NCBI GenBank assembly: GCA_963666055.2
Contig: CAXWPH010000011.1
Span: 128,001 to 192,000 of the forward strand
Direction: 5' to 3'
From: Acidobacteriota bacterium
Lineage (GTDB): Bacteria > Acidobacteriota > UBA890 > WLXD01
Length of the DNA: 64,000 bases
Position 1 is the first letter of the stretch. Each line of letters opens with the position of its first letter. Below, in pieces: positions 49,369-60,201 of the stretch. Both the position numbers and the translations under genes were made by a program. A model generated the notes under the pieces. It did no database searches. It saw nothing but the letters and a program-made list of their open reading frames with translations, and was not told where the DNA came from.

Positions 49369-50253
49369 GTGCGGCAGGCAAGCGCGTTCCACAACCGCGT
49401 CACTGCCGACGGCTCATCGGGCTTCACTGCCGAGGCCGGGCGCTATCATCTGTACGTCTCCTATGCCTGTCCCTGGGCTCACCGGACAATCATCTTCCGC
49501 CGCCTGAAGGGGCTCGAGGAGTGCATCGGCATGACCGTCGTCGACCCGATCCGCGACCAGCGCGGCTGGGCCTTCACCGGCGCGGCAGGCAGTGAGCTGG
49601 ACCGGCTGAACGGCTTCGATTTCCTCAGCGAGGCCTACCTGGCCAGCAACCCCGGCTTCGACGGCAGGGTGACGGTACCCGTGCTCTGGGACCACCAGGA
49701 GCGAATGATCGTCAACAACGAGTCGTCCGAGATCATTCGTCTGCTCAACTCGGAGTTCGACGCCTGGGGCAACGCCGAAGCCGATTACTACCCGGCTGAG
49801 CTACGCGCCAAGATTGACGCGATCACCGAGCTCATCTATCCGAACATCAACGACGGCGTCTACCGTTGCGGCTTCGCCACCTCCCAGGCAGCCTACGACG
49901 ACGCCATCGCCGCGCTCTTCGCGACCCTCGATCAGCTCGAGGAGCGGCTGGCGGGCCACCGCTACCTGGTGGACGACACGATCACCGAGGCAGACTGGCG
50001 CCTGTTCACGACCCTGGTGCGCTTCGATCCGGTCTACGTCACCCACTTCAAGTGCAACGTCCGGCGACTCATCGACTACCCCAACCTCTGGGGCTACACG
50101 CGTGACCTGTATCAGCAGCCCGGGATCGCGGACACGGTGAACCTGGACCACATCCGGCGCCACTACTACGTCACCCACCGCAGCATCAATCCGCACGGGA
50201 TTATTCCGGCGGGCCCGGAGATCAACTACTCGACCCCGCACGGGCGTGCCTGA
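49369..50253 (+). CDS. Glutathionyl-hydroquinone reductase (YqjG/ECM4-like GST)
   Basis: GRYHLYVSYACPWAHR, TVPVLWD, VNNESSEI, GVYRCGFA, RFDPVY.HFKCN. Start uncertain. Confidence 0.92.
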   Translation: MRQASAFHNRVTADGSSGFTAEAGRYHLYVSYACPWAHRTIIFRRLKGLEECIGMTVVDPIRDQRGWAFTGAAGSELDRLNGFDFLSEAYLASNPGFDGRVTVPVLWDHQERMIVNNESSEIIRLLNSEFDAWGNAEADYYPAELRAKIDAITELIYPNINDGVYRCGFATSQAAYDDAIAALFATLDQLEERLAGHRYLVDDTITEADWRLFTTLVRFDPVYVTHFKCNVRRLIDYPNLWGYTRDLYQQPGIADTVNLDHIRRHYYVTHRSINPHGIIPAGPEINYSTPHGRA

Positions 50254-50319
50254 CACGTACCGAGATCCCCTGCAGCGCTAGGAGTACCCGTGCGAAGACG
50301 GTCACGACGGTGGCTTTCG

Positions 50320-50352
50320 TTATGTAATAGTATTATGCGCATATGCGCATTT
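50320..50352 (+). promoter_or_regulatory. AT-rich promoter/probable ARG-box operator upstream of argR
   Basis: TTATGTAATAGTATTATGCGCATATGCGCAT, with palindromic elements in a GC-rich background, 20-50 bp before argR. Confidence 0.5.
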
Positions 50353-50372
50353 TCTTAGGACCGTAATTCTCG

Positions 50373-50846
50373 ATGCCGACCCGTACCAACGCTGCCCACC
50401 GCCGTCTCCTCTTACGTCGGCTGATCGAGCGCCAGGAGATCTCCTCGCAAGAGGATCTCGTTAGTCTTCTGGCGATGCGCGGTCACACCGTCAGCCAGGC
50501 AACGGTGTCGCGCGACCTCTCTGCCATCGGAGCGGTGCGCGAATCGCTCGACGGCGCCAGCACCATCTATCGACTGGTCGCAACCGCGGCCCAAGCTGAC
50601 GAGCTTCACGATCGATTCCGACAGTTCGTGCACGAGATCACTAGCTCCGCCAACATCGTAATCGTCCGCACACCTCCTGGCGGCGCTCACGCCGTTGGTG
50701 TGGCGCTCGACGATACCCGCGATCGCGGCCGCCTGCCTGAGGTGCTCGGAACCGTGGCTGGCGACGACACCCTACTCATCGTGACGCGGTCCGCCAGAGG
50801 CGGCAGCCGGCTCGCACGCAAACTCGAATCAATGTTGGAGGCCTGA
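50373..50846 (+). CDS. argR: Arginine repressor
   Basis: [30 protein letters not shown]. Confidence 0.93.
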   Translation: MPTRTNAAHRRLLLRRLIERQEISSQEDLVSLLAMRGHTVSQATVSRDLSAIGAVRESLDGASTIYRLVATAAQADELHDRFRQFVHEITSSANIVIVRTPPGGAHAVGVALDDTRDRGRLPEVLGTVAGDDTLLIVTRSARGGSRLARKLESMLEA

Positions 50847-50847
50847 C

Positions 50848-52053
50848 ATGAAAGTTGTGCTGGCGTACTCGGGAGGGCTCGACACATCGGTCATCCTGCG
50901 GTGGATTCAGGAAAACTATGATGCCGAGGTAATCGCCTACACGGGGGATGTCGGCCAGGGTAGCGACGAGGTCAGCAATGCGCGCCTGGCCGCCAAGCGC
51001 ACAGGCGCGAGCGCCATCGAGATCGACGACCTGCGCGAGGAATTCGTCACCGATTGCATCTTCCCGGCGCTGCGCGCCAACGCGGTCTACGAGTGGTACT
51101 ACCTCATGGGTACGGCGCTGGCGCGGCCGGTACTCGCCCGCGGCCTGGTGCGCGCCGCCGAGAAGCACGGAGCCGAGGCCATCGCGCACGGCGCCACCGG
51201 CAAGGGCAACGACCAGATCCGCTTCGAGATGGCAGCGTACGCGCTCAAGCCAGACATCAAGATTATTGCCCCGTGGCGCGAATGGAGCTTCAAGGGACGC
51301 TCCGACCTAGTTGCCTACGCTCAGGAACACGGGGTCGATCTGTCGGCAGCACCCCGACCTGAGTACTCGATGGACGCCAACCTCATGCACGTCTCCTACG
51401 AAGGTGGCGTGCTCGAGGACCCGTGGGCGCCATCACCGCCGGGCATGTTCCGCATGACTACCGACCCCGAGAATGCACCGGACGAGCCTGAATACGTCGA
51501 AGTCTCCTTCCGCGAGGGCGTGCCCGTCACCATCAACGCCGAGGAGCTGTCGCCAGTAACTCTGGTGGAGCGTGCCAACGAGATCGGTGGACGCCACGGA
51601 GTGGGCCGCGTGGACATGGTTGAAAACCGCTTTCTGGGTATGAAGAGCCGTGGTGTCTACGAAACCCCCGGCATGACGTTGCTCATGCACGCCCATCGCG
51701 CCGTCGAGTCGATTACGCTCGACCGTGAGGTGCAGCACCTGCGCGACGAGCTCGTGCCGCGCTACGCCGAGATGGTGTACAACGGTCTCTGGTTCAGCCC
51801 CGAGCGCGAGGCCTTGCAACAGTTCATGGACTCGGTGCAGGAGCGCGTCACTGGCGACGCGCGTTTGAAGCTGTACAAAGGCGCGGCGACGATCGTGGGG
51901 CGGCGCTCGGCAACCCGTACGCTCTATGACAAGGCCACGGTGACCTTCGAGGCCGACGACGTTTACGACCAGAGCGACGCCACGGGCTTTATCCGGCTAC
52001 GCGCACTACGGCTGCGCACTCTGGGCGCACGTCGTATCTCGGAGGGCGAATGA
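50848..52053 (+). CDS. argG: Argininosuccinate synthase
   Basis: [34 protein letters not shown]. Confidence 0.97.
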   Translation: MKVVLAYSGGLDTSVILRWIQENYDAEVIAYTGDVGQGSDEVSNARLAAKRTGASAIEIDDLREEFVTDCIFPALRANAVYEWYYLMGTALARPVLARGLVRAAEKHGAEAIAHGATGKGNDQIRFEMAAYALKPDIKIIAPWREWSFKGRSDLVAYAQEHGVDLSAAPRPEYSMDANLMHVSYEGGVLEDPWAPSPPGMFRMTTDPENAPDEPEYVEVSFREGVPVTINAEELSPVTLVERANEIGGRHGVGRVDMVENRFLGMKSRGVYETPGMTLLMHAHRAVESITLDREVQHLRDELVPRYAEMVYNGLWFSPEREALQQFMDSVQERVTGDARLKLYKGAATIVGRRSATRTLYDKATVTFEADDVYDQSDATGFIRLRALRLRTLGARRISEGE

Positions 52054-53432
52054 TGCCCCTACTCCGTGGCCGCTTCGACGCGCAGGTCGACAAGCTCATG
52101 CAGCGCTTTGCGTCGTCGCTGCAGATCGATCTGCAAATGCTCGACGAGGATATTCAGGGGTCGCTGGCGCACGCGCAGATGCTCGGCGAGACCGGCATCA
52201 TCTCGAAACAGGAAGCTGCCGCCCTGTGCGACGGGCTGGCACGAGTGCGCCAAGACCTCGCGGCGGGGGCCTGGGTACCGGGCGACGAGCTCGAAGACGT
52301 GCACATGGCAGTCGAGGCGCGCCTGTCCGAGCTCCTCGGTGACGTCGCGGGCAAACTGCACACGGCTCGGTCGCGCAACGATCAGGTGGCCACCGACCTG
52401 CGCCTATGGCTCAAAACACGTCTGCAACGGCTCGACGGTGCGCTGATCGAGCTGCTGCGCGTGCTCTTGGACCGGGTCGAAAGCGACGGCTCCACGGTTC
52501 TACCCGGATACACCCACCTACAACGAGGGCAGCCGATTCTCTTCGGCCATCATCTGCTGGCGTATACATGGCCGTTGTCACGCGACCTCGGCAGAGTACG
52601 GGACGCATTGCATCGATTCGACGAGTGTCCTCTGGGGGCGTGCGCGATGGCGGGCACTTCGTTCCCTATCGATCGGCATCGCACCGCCGAGCTCCTTGGC
52701 TTCAGGGTGCCGACAGAGAACGCGATGGATTCGGTAGCGGCGCGCGACCACGTTCAGGAGGTCGCCAGCGCCTGTTCGATCCTGTCCTGCAACCTCTCGC
52801 GCATGGCCGAGGAGCTGGTCCTCTGGAGCTCGGCCGAGTTCGCGTTCGTTCGCCTCAGCGATGCCTATTCCACCGGATCGAGCATCATGCCGCAAAAACG
52901 CAACCCTGACGCCGCGGAACTTGTTCGCGGTAAGTCAGCATCGGTGCTCGGCAACTGTGCCGCCCTGCTGGCCCTGCCTCGCTCTCAACCATTCGCGTAC
53001 AACCGCGACTTGCAGCAAGATCGCGAGGCGCTGTTCGCGGCCGTCAAGACGACCATCGACTGTGTACTCGTCATGACGGAGGTGTGGCGAACCCTCTCGA
53101 TCGACTGCGAGCGCTTCGAGGCCGATCTGGTTGGCGACTTCAGTCTGGCAACTGAGGTCGCCGACGAGCTCGCCCGTGGCGGCCTGCCATTCCGTGCCGC
53201 GCATGGAATCACCGCTCGGTTGGTCCGCCGTTGCGAGGACCGAGGCTGCACGCTGGACGGCCTGGCCGCAGAGGAGCTCGAAGCCCTCCATCCAGGGCTC
53301 GGCGGCGTGGTGTCTGGCGTCGGCTCGCCGCGCGACGCGGCGGAACGCCGGCGATCACACGGCGGGTCGTCATCGTCGGAGATTGCCCGGCAGGTCGCCG
53401 TCCTGCGCAAGGTCGTCGCAGCGTCGACCTGA
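52050..53432 (+). CDS. argH: Argininosuccinate lyase
   Basis: [35 protein letters not shown]. Confidence 0.96.
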   Translation: MMPLLRGRFDAQVDKLMQRFASSLQIDLQMLDEDIQGSLAHAQMLGETGIISKQEAAALCDGLARVRQDLAAGAWVPGDELEDVHMAVEARLSELLGDVAGKLHTARSRNDQVATDLRLWLKTRLQRLDGALIELLRVLLDRVESDGSTVLPGYTHLQRGQPILFGHHLLAYTWPLSRDLGRVRDALHRFDECPLGACAMAGTSFPIDRHRTAELLGFRVPTENAMDSVAARDHVQEVASACSILSCNLSRMAEELVLWSSAEFAFVRLSDAYSTGSSIMPQKRNPDAAELVRGKSASVLGNCAALLALPRSQPFAYNRDLQQDREALFAAVKTTIDCVLVMTEVWRTLSIDCERFEADLVGDFSLATEVADELARGGLPFRAAHGITARLVRRCEDRGCTLDGLAAEELEALHPGLGGVVSGVGSPRDAAERRRSHGGSSSSEIARQVAVLRKVVAAST

Positions 53433-53499
53433 ATCCAGCCGCGGGCCGCGACGTCGAGTTCGGTCGGCTGTCGGGCTTCGTTCGCCCACCAGCGACGCG

Positions 53500-54843
53500 C
53501 TAGCTACAATCTGGTGCGGGCTCGTCACCCGGCTCGGATGGAAGCGCGCAATCGAGCAGCTGCCCTTTCGCTCGGAGCTCGTCGTCTATCCCGTCGCCGG
53601 TGAGGAATATCCGCTCTTGATAGGCGCCAAAGAAGGCGGGATACAGCGGACCCATTGCAGCGAGCTCATCACTCGAGAAACGGACCGCCGGCAGCAAGTA
53701 GCGGGGAGCGGCCGGCCACTCCGGATCAAGGACGAGGCGGTAGCCATCCCAGGACGTCAGGAAGGAGATGAACTCCCGCGCCAGCCGCTGCCGCTCACGC
53801 GGCAGATCGGCGGCCACGGCGAGCCCGTCCACCCACCCCACTGCGGCGGCTCCGCCTGAAGCAGGGGGGAGTGCGCGAACGGCGATCGACTCGGCGCTCA
53901 AGCAAGCGTCGGCAGGTCCGCACTCGGCGGCGATCTCGGTCAGCGCAAAATGAGACATCTCCGAATAACCCACGTAGGCCCGCGCTTCTCGTCGCGCAAA
54001 ACGCCGAGCATAGTACCCTACGCGGCCGTGGTACGCATCGCTTCGACAGGAGCCAGCCGGGCAGGAATCGAGGGTTTCGGCAAGAAGCGACACCGCTCCC
54101 TCGTCGAGCGTCGCGGTGGTGAGATCGCGAAGGATCTCTTCCCTCCCGGCTCCACCGGCGGCGAGCGCCGTGACGTACCACTCGCCCAAAGTAGCGGTGC
54201 TCAGATCTATGAGCAGCCCACCGGTATCGTCGCCCAGGACCTCAAGGAGCGCCTCCCAAGTTGCCGCCTCTCTGATCGCATGATCGTCAGCTTCGTAGTA
54301 GAGGAAGTTGCCGCACACCCAGTGGGGGATCGCCCAGATCGAGCCATCCACGGTACTCGCCGCGAGGGCACCTTTGATGAAGCGATCCGTCACCGAGCCG
54401 AGCGCCGTCAGCTTCCCCGCATCGACCATATCGGCAAGAAGCACGCTATCGATCTCGTATACGTCGGCCTCAGCCGACAACAGCCCACCGCTGTAGTACG
54501 ACCGTGACAGCGGAGTGAGCTCTCCCGAAATCGGGTCGCGAGAGGTCTCGACTAACTCCAGATTCACGCCGGGGTGAGAGGCCTCAAAGGCAGCTTCGAG
54601 CTCCTGAAACAACCCTCGGCTATCCGGCACGTATGGATAGAGAGCGACCCGAAGCGCGGCCGGCTGTTGGCAAGCGGCGGCACCCAGACATCCGAGGACG
54701 GACAGAACGACCGCCACCTGGCGCACAGCCGCTGCAGTTGGTGGTGGGAGGATCACGTATGGCGACAGTTTGTCTGCCAGGCGTTTCCGATCTCCCCCTC
54801 TCTGCCGAGCTAACTCGACGGGACCGGTGGCCAGCGTTGGCAT
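53500..54843 (-). CDS. Thiaminase I (thiamine pyridinylase)-like lipoprotein, SBP fold
   Basis: LRVALYPYVPD, DVYEIDS, AIPHWVCGNFLYY (catalytic Cys position), YVGYSE (catalytic Glu position), PRYLLPA; lipobox-like GAAAC. True start probably near 54727. Confidence 0.75.
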   Translation of the reverse strand: MPTLATGPVELARQRGGDRKRLADKLSPYVILPPPTAAAVRQVAVVLSVLGCLGAAACQQPAALRVALYPYVPDSRGLFQELEAAFEASHPGVNLELVETSRDPISGELTPLSRSYYSGGLLSAEADVYEIDSVLLADMVDAGKLTALGSVTDRFIKGALAASTVDGSIWAIPHWVCGNFLYYEADDHAIREAATWEALLEVLGDDTGGLLIDLSTATLGEWYVTALAAGGAGREEILRDLTTATLDEGAVSLLAETLDSCPAGSCRSDAYHGRVGYYARRFARREARAYVGYSEMSHFALTEIAAECGPADACLSAESIAVRALPPASGGAAAVGWVDGLAVAADLPRERQRLAREFISFLTSWDGYRLVLDPEWPAAPRYLLPAVRFSSDELAAMGPLYPAFFGAYQERIFLTGDGIDDELRAKGQLLDCALPSEPGDEPAPDCS

Positions 54844-54914
54844 CTGGGTAAGCTCTCCGGTAGTGCGATCGTGACTTGCAGGCTAGCGACGGCAGCAATC
54901 AGCCGTCGCGCAGG

Positions 54915-55436
54915 TCAGAAGATATCCGGGCGAGGTTGCGGCGCGGCTCGTTTGCCAGTCGTGTGCTGGTCCTGAATCTTGTCCTGTAGCTTCATCAGGC
55001 CGTCCAGGACCATCTCCGGACGCGGGGGGCATCCCGGTATGTAGACATCCACCGGCATGATGGTGTCGATACCCATGACGGTGGCGTAGTTGTCGTAGAA
55101 GCCGCCGGTGCAGGTGCAGACTCCGAAGGCGACCACCCAATTGGGCTCCGCCATCTGGTCGTGGATGCGCTTCAGCACCGGCGCCAACTTGTGACTGATG
55201 GTGCCAACGACGAAGAGCACATCGGCCTGGCGGGGGGAGAATCGTGGCAGCCCAGCACCGAATCGGTCCACATCGTAATGGGAGCAGGCGGTGGCCATGT
55301 ACTCCATACCGCAACACGCTGTGATGAACGGGTATTGGAAGATCGAGTACTTCCGGGCCCATCCGATGGCTGCGTCGATGCGGCTGGTGAAGAACCCCTG
55401 GTTTTCCGGGCCGAAGTAAGTCGGGTCGTTCTGCAT
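54915..55436 (-). CDS. nuoB: NADH-quinone oxidoreductase subunit B (stand-alone)
   Basis: ACCGMEY, DRFG, SPRQAD, FGVCTCTGG, DVYIPGCPPRPE. Confidence 0.93.
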   Translation of the reverse strand: MQNDPTYFGPENQGFFTSRIDAAIGWARKYSIFQYPFITACCGMEYMATACSHYDVDRFGAGLPRFSPRQADVLFVVGTISHKLAPVLKRIHDQMAEPNWVVAFGVCTCTGGFYDNYATVMGIDTIMPVDVYIPGCPPRPEMVLDGLMKLQDKIQDQHTTGKRAAPQPRPDIF

Positions 55437-55654
55437 GCTTCCAGTCTAAGGTGTCGTCGTCCGGCGCGTAAACATCGCCGAACATCGAGCAAGACCCCCC
55501 CCCTCTCTACCGGGCCCGGGACACGCAGACCGCCCCTCGGCACAAGGAGTTCCTCAGCTCCCGGCGCTGCAGCGCGGCGATCGGGCGGTAGTCCACCCGC
55601 TCCTGCCTTTGCTCGGCCAGCGTCGATGCGGCAGACTGCGCGGCGGAGACGCCC

Positions 55655-57128
55655 ATGACAAACGACCCCGCTGGCAACGAGTTCGATCGTCACCTCACAG
55701 AGCTAATTCTCGATGCCGCCGGTGAGGGCGTATACGGGCTAGATTGCGATGGCCTGACGACCTTCGTGAATCCGGCAGCCGCCCGCATGCTCGGGTATCC
55801 GGCCGAGGAGCTCATCGGCGCGTCGATGCACTTGGTGTTGCACCACAGTCGCGCCGACGGCTCATGCTATCCGTCCGAGGACTGCCCCATATACGCGGCA
55901 TTTCATGATGGCCTCGTACACACGGTCAGCGACGAAGTGTTCTGGCGCCGGGACGACTCGAGCTTCCCCGTCGAGTACACGAGCACACCGATCCGGCGCG
56001 ATGGGGAGCTGTGCGGCGCGGTGGTGGTGTTTCGTGACGTCAGCGAGCGAGTGCAGGCCGAGCGGAACCTACGCACCGCTCTTACCGAAGTCCAGGAGCT
56101 GAGGGATCGCCTTAGCGCCGAGAACGAGTACCTGCAGGAAGAGATTCACACGACGCACAACTTCCGCCAAATCATCGGCGATTCAGCGCCGCTTCGGCGG
56201 GCGCTGCACGCCGTCGAGACGGTCGCGCCCACCGACGCCGCGGTGTTGATTACCGGCGAGACGGGAACCGGTAAGGAGCTGATCGCGCGCGCCATCCACG
56301 ACCTCAGTGGGCGGCGCCACAAGCCGCTGATCAAGGTCAACTGCGCCTCGATCCCGAGGGAGTTGTTCGAGAGCGAGTTCTTCGGTCACGTGCGCGGCGC
56401 CTTTACGGGCGCGGTGCGTGATCGCATGGGACGCTTCGAGCTCGCCGATCGCGGCACGCTGTTCCTCGACGAGGTGGGCGAGATTCCGATCGAGATGCAA
56501 AGCAAGTTGTTGAGGGTGCTGCAGGACGGCAACTTCGAGCGCGTCGGCGAGCCGCGCACCCGAAAGGTCGACGTCCGCGTCATCGCGGCAACCAACCGTG
56601 AGCTCCGGGAAGAGATCGCAGTTGGACGCTTCCGGGAAGATCTCTACTACCGGCTGAACGTCTTCCCGATACCGATCGCGCCTCTGCGTAACCGACGCGG
56701 CGACATCCCGGCACTGGCGTCTCACTTCCTGCAACAGGCCCGCGTACGACTCAACCGGCCTGACGCGCGGCTGACCCGGGCAAGCTTGACGATGCTGCAG
56801 GCCAGCGACTGGCCGGGCAACGTCCGGGAACTGCAGAACGTCATCGAGCGCGCCGTCATTCGCGCCGCTCCCTCTGGCGCCCTGCGCATGGACCTACCAG
56901 AGGGTACGGAGCCCGTCGAGCTTGCTGTGCCGACCGGATCCCAGGCTGACTCGGAGATTCTCCCCGACGCGGAGTTCCGCCGTCGGGAGCGGGCCAACAC
57001 CCGCGCCGCCCTCGAGGCCGCCAAACTGGAAGGTCTACGGAGCCGGAGGCGCGGCCGAGATTCTCGGGATCCGGCCCACCACCCTCGCCTCGCGCATCAA
57101 GAAGCTAGGACTTTCCCGCCTCGAGTGA
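55655..57128 (+). CDS. PAS-domain sigma54-dependent activator (Fis HTH); +1 frameshift near 57024
   Basis: [32 protein letters not shown]. The [32 protein letters not shown] is in the shifted frame. Confidence 0.9.
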
Positions 57129-57162
57129 GGCAGGCGCGCGTGTTCCGAAACGTCACTTCCGT

Positions 57163-57215
57163 CACGAACTTTCGTGGAAACGGGCACGACTCTTCGTGAT
57201 TCACGACATTTCCTG
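57163..57215. promoter_or_regulatory. Three palindromic upstream activator sites CACGA-N4-TCGTG
   Basis: CACGAACTTTCGTG (57163), CACGACTCTTCGTG (57185), CACGACATTTCCTG (57202). Confidence 0.7.
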
Positions 57216-57284
57216 ACCGCAGCGAGGACGCGCACCTCGGTGATAAGTACCGATGAATAAACCATAAATCATGATCGTCTGAGT

Positions 57285-57301
57285 CTGGCACAGAGCCTGC
57301 A
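57285..57301 (+). promoter_or_regulatory. Sigma54 -24/-12 promoter
   Basis: CTGGCACAGAGCCTGCA (GG-N10-GC), preceded by an AT-rich possible IHF tract at 57240-57275. Confidence 0.78.
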
Positions 57302-57381
57302 AACACCGTTCCTTCGACAAGCCGATCCGGACCACACCGGTCGGGGTCACAAAACAGGGGGAGACCCCCCGAGGAGGAACC

Positions 57382-57822
57382 GTGAGGCTCGATATCAAGT
57401 TGACCGTCTTGGCCGGAGTCGTGGGCACGATCGCCTTCGATCTCGCCGGCCTGCTGTTCACCGGCCAGTGGTGGGACATTCCCAACCTGCTCGGGGCCAA
57501 GCTGGGGATCGGTCTGGCCGCCGGCGTGCTCGCCCACTACAGCAACGGCGTGATCCTGGCGGTGATCTTTGCTGCGCTCGCCGACGTCATCCCAGGCCCG
57601 CGTTGGTCGCGTGCCTTCACCTTCATCACCGTGCAGACGGTGTTCGGCGTGTGGCTGTTCATGCTGCCGCTGCTGGACATGGGCATCGCCGGCCTCGGCG
57701 TCAGCGCCATGATCCCGGTGATCACACTGGCCCGCCACTGGGCGTACGCCGGTGCCCTGGAGTTGGTGCTCCGGGCACACCCGGCGAGCCGCGCCCTCAC
57801 CACCGCCTCCATCAACGCCTGA
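57382..57822 (+). CDS. Small 4-TM membrane protein
   Basis: RBS GAGGAGG; hydrophobic segments with His in AHYSNG and RHWAYA. Confidence 0.75.
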   Translation: MRLDIKLTVLAGVVGTIAFDLAGLLFTGQWWDIPNLLGAKLGIGLAAGVLAHYSNGVILAVIFAALADVIPGPRWSRAFTFITVQTVFGVWLFMLPLLDMGIAGLGVSAMIPVITLARHWAYAGALELVLRAHPASRALTTASINA

Positions 57823-57847
57823 GCCCGTGCTCGGGAGAGAGAACGCC

Positions 57848-58600
57848 ATGCGTCGCAATGTTGCCAATACAGCCGCCCTTACTTTGTTCGCCATCTTCAT
57901 CGCCATGCCGGCATCCGGCCAGCTGCCCGATCCCGGCATGCGCATCACGCCGGGGAACACGGCCCTGCTGATCACCGACCCACAGAACGACTTTCTCAGC
58001 CCCGACGGGGTCGCCTGGGGAGTCGTCGGCGAGAGCGTCACTGAGAACGACACTGTCGCCCACATCGAAACACTGTTGAGAACCGCCAAGGAAACCGGCA
58101 TGGGGGTATTCATCTCGCCGCACTACTACTACCCAACCGACCACGGCTGGCACTTCGAGGGAGCGCTCGAAGCGTTGATGCACAAGATCGGCATGTTCGA
58201 CCGGCGGGGCCCGCTTGACGTGACTTCGTTCAGTGGCTCGGGTGCCGACTGGCTGTCTCGCTACAAGCCCTACATCGAGGACGGCCGCACGGTAATCACC
58301 AGTCCGCACAAGGTCTACGGACCCGAAACCAACGACCTTGTCCTGCAGCTGCGCAAGCGAGGCATCGACAAGGTCATCCTCGCCGGCATGTCGGCCAACC
58401 TGTGCACCGAGTCGCACATGCGGGAGCTGATCGAGCAGGGCTTCGAGGTGGCGGTGGTAGGGGACGCGACTGCGGCAGCGAAGGTCGCCGAGGGCGACGG
58501 TTACGCCGCCGCGCTGGTGAACTTCCGCTACATCGCCAACGACCTGATCACCACGGCCGCGGCGGTGACAGCAATCCGCCACGCCCAGTCCACTGAGTAA
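57848..58600 (+). CDS. Isochorismatase-family cysteine hydrolase with signal peptide
   Basis: [27 protein letters not shown] (D-K-C triad). Confidence 0.88.
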   Translation: MRRNVANTAALTLFAIFIAMPASGQLPDPGMRITPGNTALLITDPQNDFLSPDGVAWGVVGESVTENDTVAHIETLLRTAKETGMGVFISPHYYYPTDHGWHFEGALEALMHKIGMFDRRGPLDVTSFSGSGADWLSRYKPYIEDGRTVITSPHKVYGPETNDLVLQLRKRGIDKVILAGMSANLCTESHMRELIEQGFEVAVVGDATAAAKVAEGDGYAAALVNFRYIANDLITTAAAVTAIRHAQSTE

Positions 58601-58605
58601 GGCAC

Positions 58606-59010
58606 ATGCCAACCGCGATCAAGCCTCCGTTCACTGAAGAGACTGCCCGCGCCAAGGTGCAGGCCGCCGAGGATGCGTGGAACAGCTGCGATCCGGAGCG
58701 GGTGGCGCTCGCATACAGCGAACGCTCCGAGTGGCGCAACCGCGATGAGTTCTTCTGCGGTCGCGAGGCAATCCGGGCGTTCCTACGCCGCAAGTGGGAC
58801 AAGGAGCTCGACTACCGCCTCATGAAGGAGCTGTGGGCATATACCGACAACCGCATCTCCGTGCGCTTCGAGTACGAGTGGCACGACGCGGATGGCAACT
58901 GGTACCGCACCCACGGCAACAAGCACTGGGAGTTCGATGTCGACGGGCTGATGTCACGGCGCGACATGAGCGCCAACGACATCCCGATCGACGAGTCCGA
59001 AAGACACTAG
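58606..59010 (+). CDS. DUF1348 (NTF2/SnoaL-like) protein
   Basis: [43 protein letters not shown]. Confidence 0.9.
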   Translation: MPTAIKPPFTEETARAKVQAAEDAWNSCDPERVALAYSERSEWRNRDEFFCGREAIRAFLRRKWDKELDYRLMKELWAYTDNRISVRFEYEWHDADGNWYRTHGNKHWEFDVDGLMSRRDMSANDIPIDESERH

Positions 59011-59073
59011 CCGGGCCAGGAGACGGCCGTCTCCCGGCACGTGCCAACTGCGAACGAACGAGGAGAAAGAACC

Positions 59074-60043
59074 ATGAACCGCTTCAAGCTAACCCTGACT
59101 GCCCTCGCCCTGGTAGCCGTCGCCGGCAGTGCGCTGGCCTACCCGACGGCTGAACGAGTCGACGTCTCGGGCACCGCATATCGCACCGTACAGGTCGACG
59201 GGCTCGACATCTTTTATCGGGAGGCCGGTCCGGCAGACGCCCCCGTTCGTGCTCCTGTTGCACGGCTTCCCCACTTCGTCGCACATGTTTCGCGCCTTGA
59301 TCCCCGAGCTGGCTGAGAGCTATCACGTGATCGCCCCGGATTATCCGGGCTACGGCAACAGCTCGGCTCCCGGCGCGGACGAGTTCGATTACACCTTCGA
59401 CAACCTCGCCAACCTGATCGAGCGGTTCACCGAGCAGATCGGCCTGCCGAGGTATTCGATTTATCTGATGGACTATGGCGCTCCGATCGGCTTTCGCCTG
59501 GCGACGCTTCACCCCGAGCGTGTGCAGGCATTGATCATCCAGAACGGGAACGCCTACGACGAGGGCATCGACAACGTGTTCTGGGAGCCGATCAAGCGGT
59601 ACTGGGCTGCCCCGACGACCGAGAACGGCAACTCGCTACGCGGCCTGCTCACCCTCGAGGCGACCAAGTGGCAGTACACCCACGGCGTGCGCAACGTCGA
59701 GGCGATCAGCCCCGATACCTGGGGCCACGTGCAGCCGCTGCTGGATCGCCGCGGCAATCAGGAGATTCAGCTCGACCTGTTCTACAGCTACGGCTCCAAC
59801 CCGCCTCTGTACCCACAGTGGCAGGAGTACCTGCGCACCTGGCAGCCGCCGACTTTGATCGTGTGGGGCAAGAACGACCAGATCTTTCCAGCCGCCGGAG
59901 CCTATCCGTACCGGCGCGACTTGCCGCAGGCGGAGCTACACCTACTGGACACTGGCCACTTCGCCCTCGAGGAGGACGGCGCCACGATCGCACGGCTGAT
60001 GATTGACTTCCTCGCTCGACACCTGGACCAGGTAGGTGAGTAG
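59074..60043 (+). CDS. Alpha/beta hydrolase with signal peptide; frameshift near 59247
   Basis: IFYREAG | [35 protein letters not shown]. Confidence 0.88.
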
Positions 60044-60201
60044 CGGATCCAACAAGGACTTATGATGAGCACGTTCGGTGAACGCAGGAAGGTACTGTCG
60101 AACAACATGCTCACAACGCCTACGAAGACCCGCATCGAGTCGGTCCGCCGCTGGCGCCAAAAGCATGCGCAGCAGGAGGCGCCGGTTTTCAGCCGGACGG
60201 T

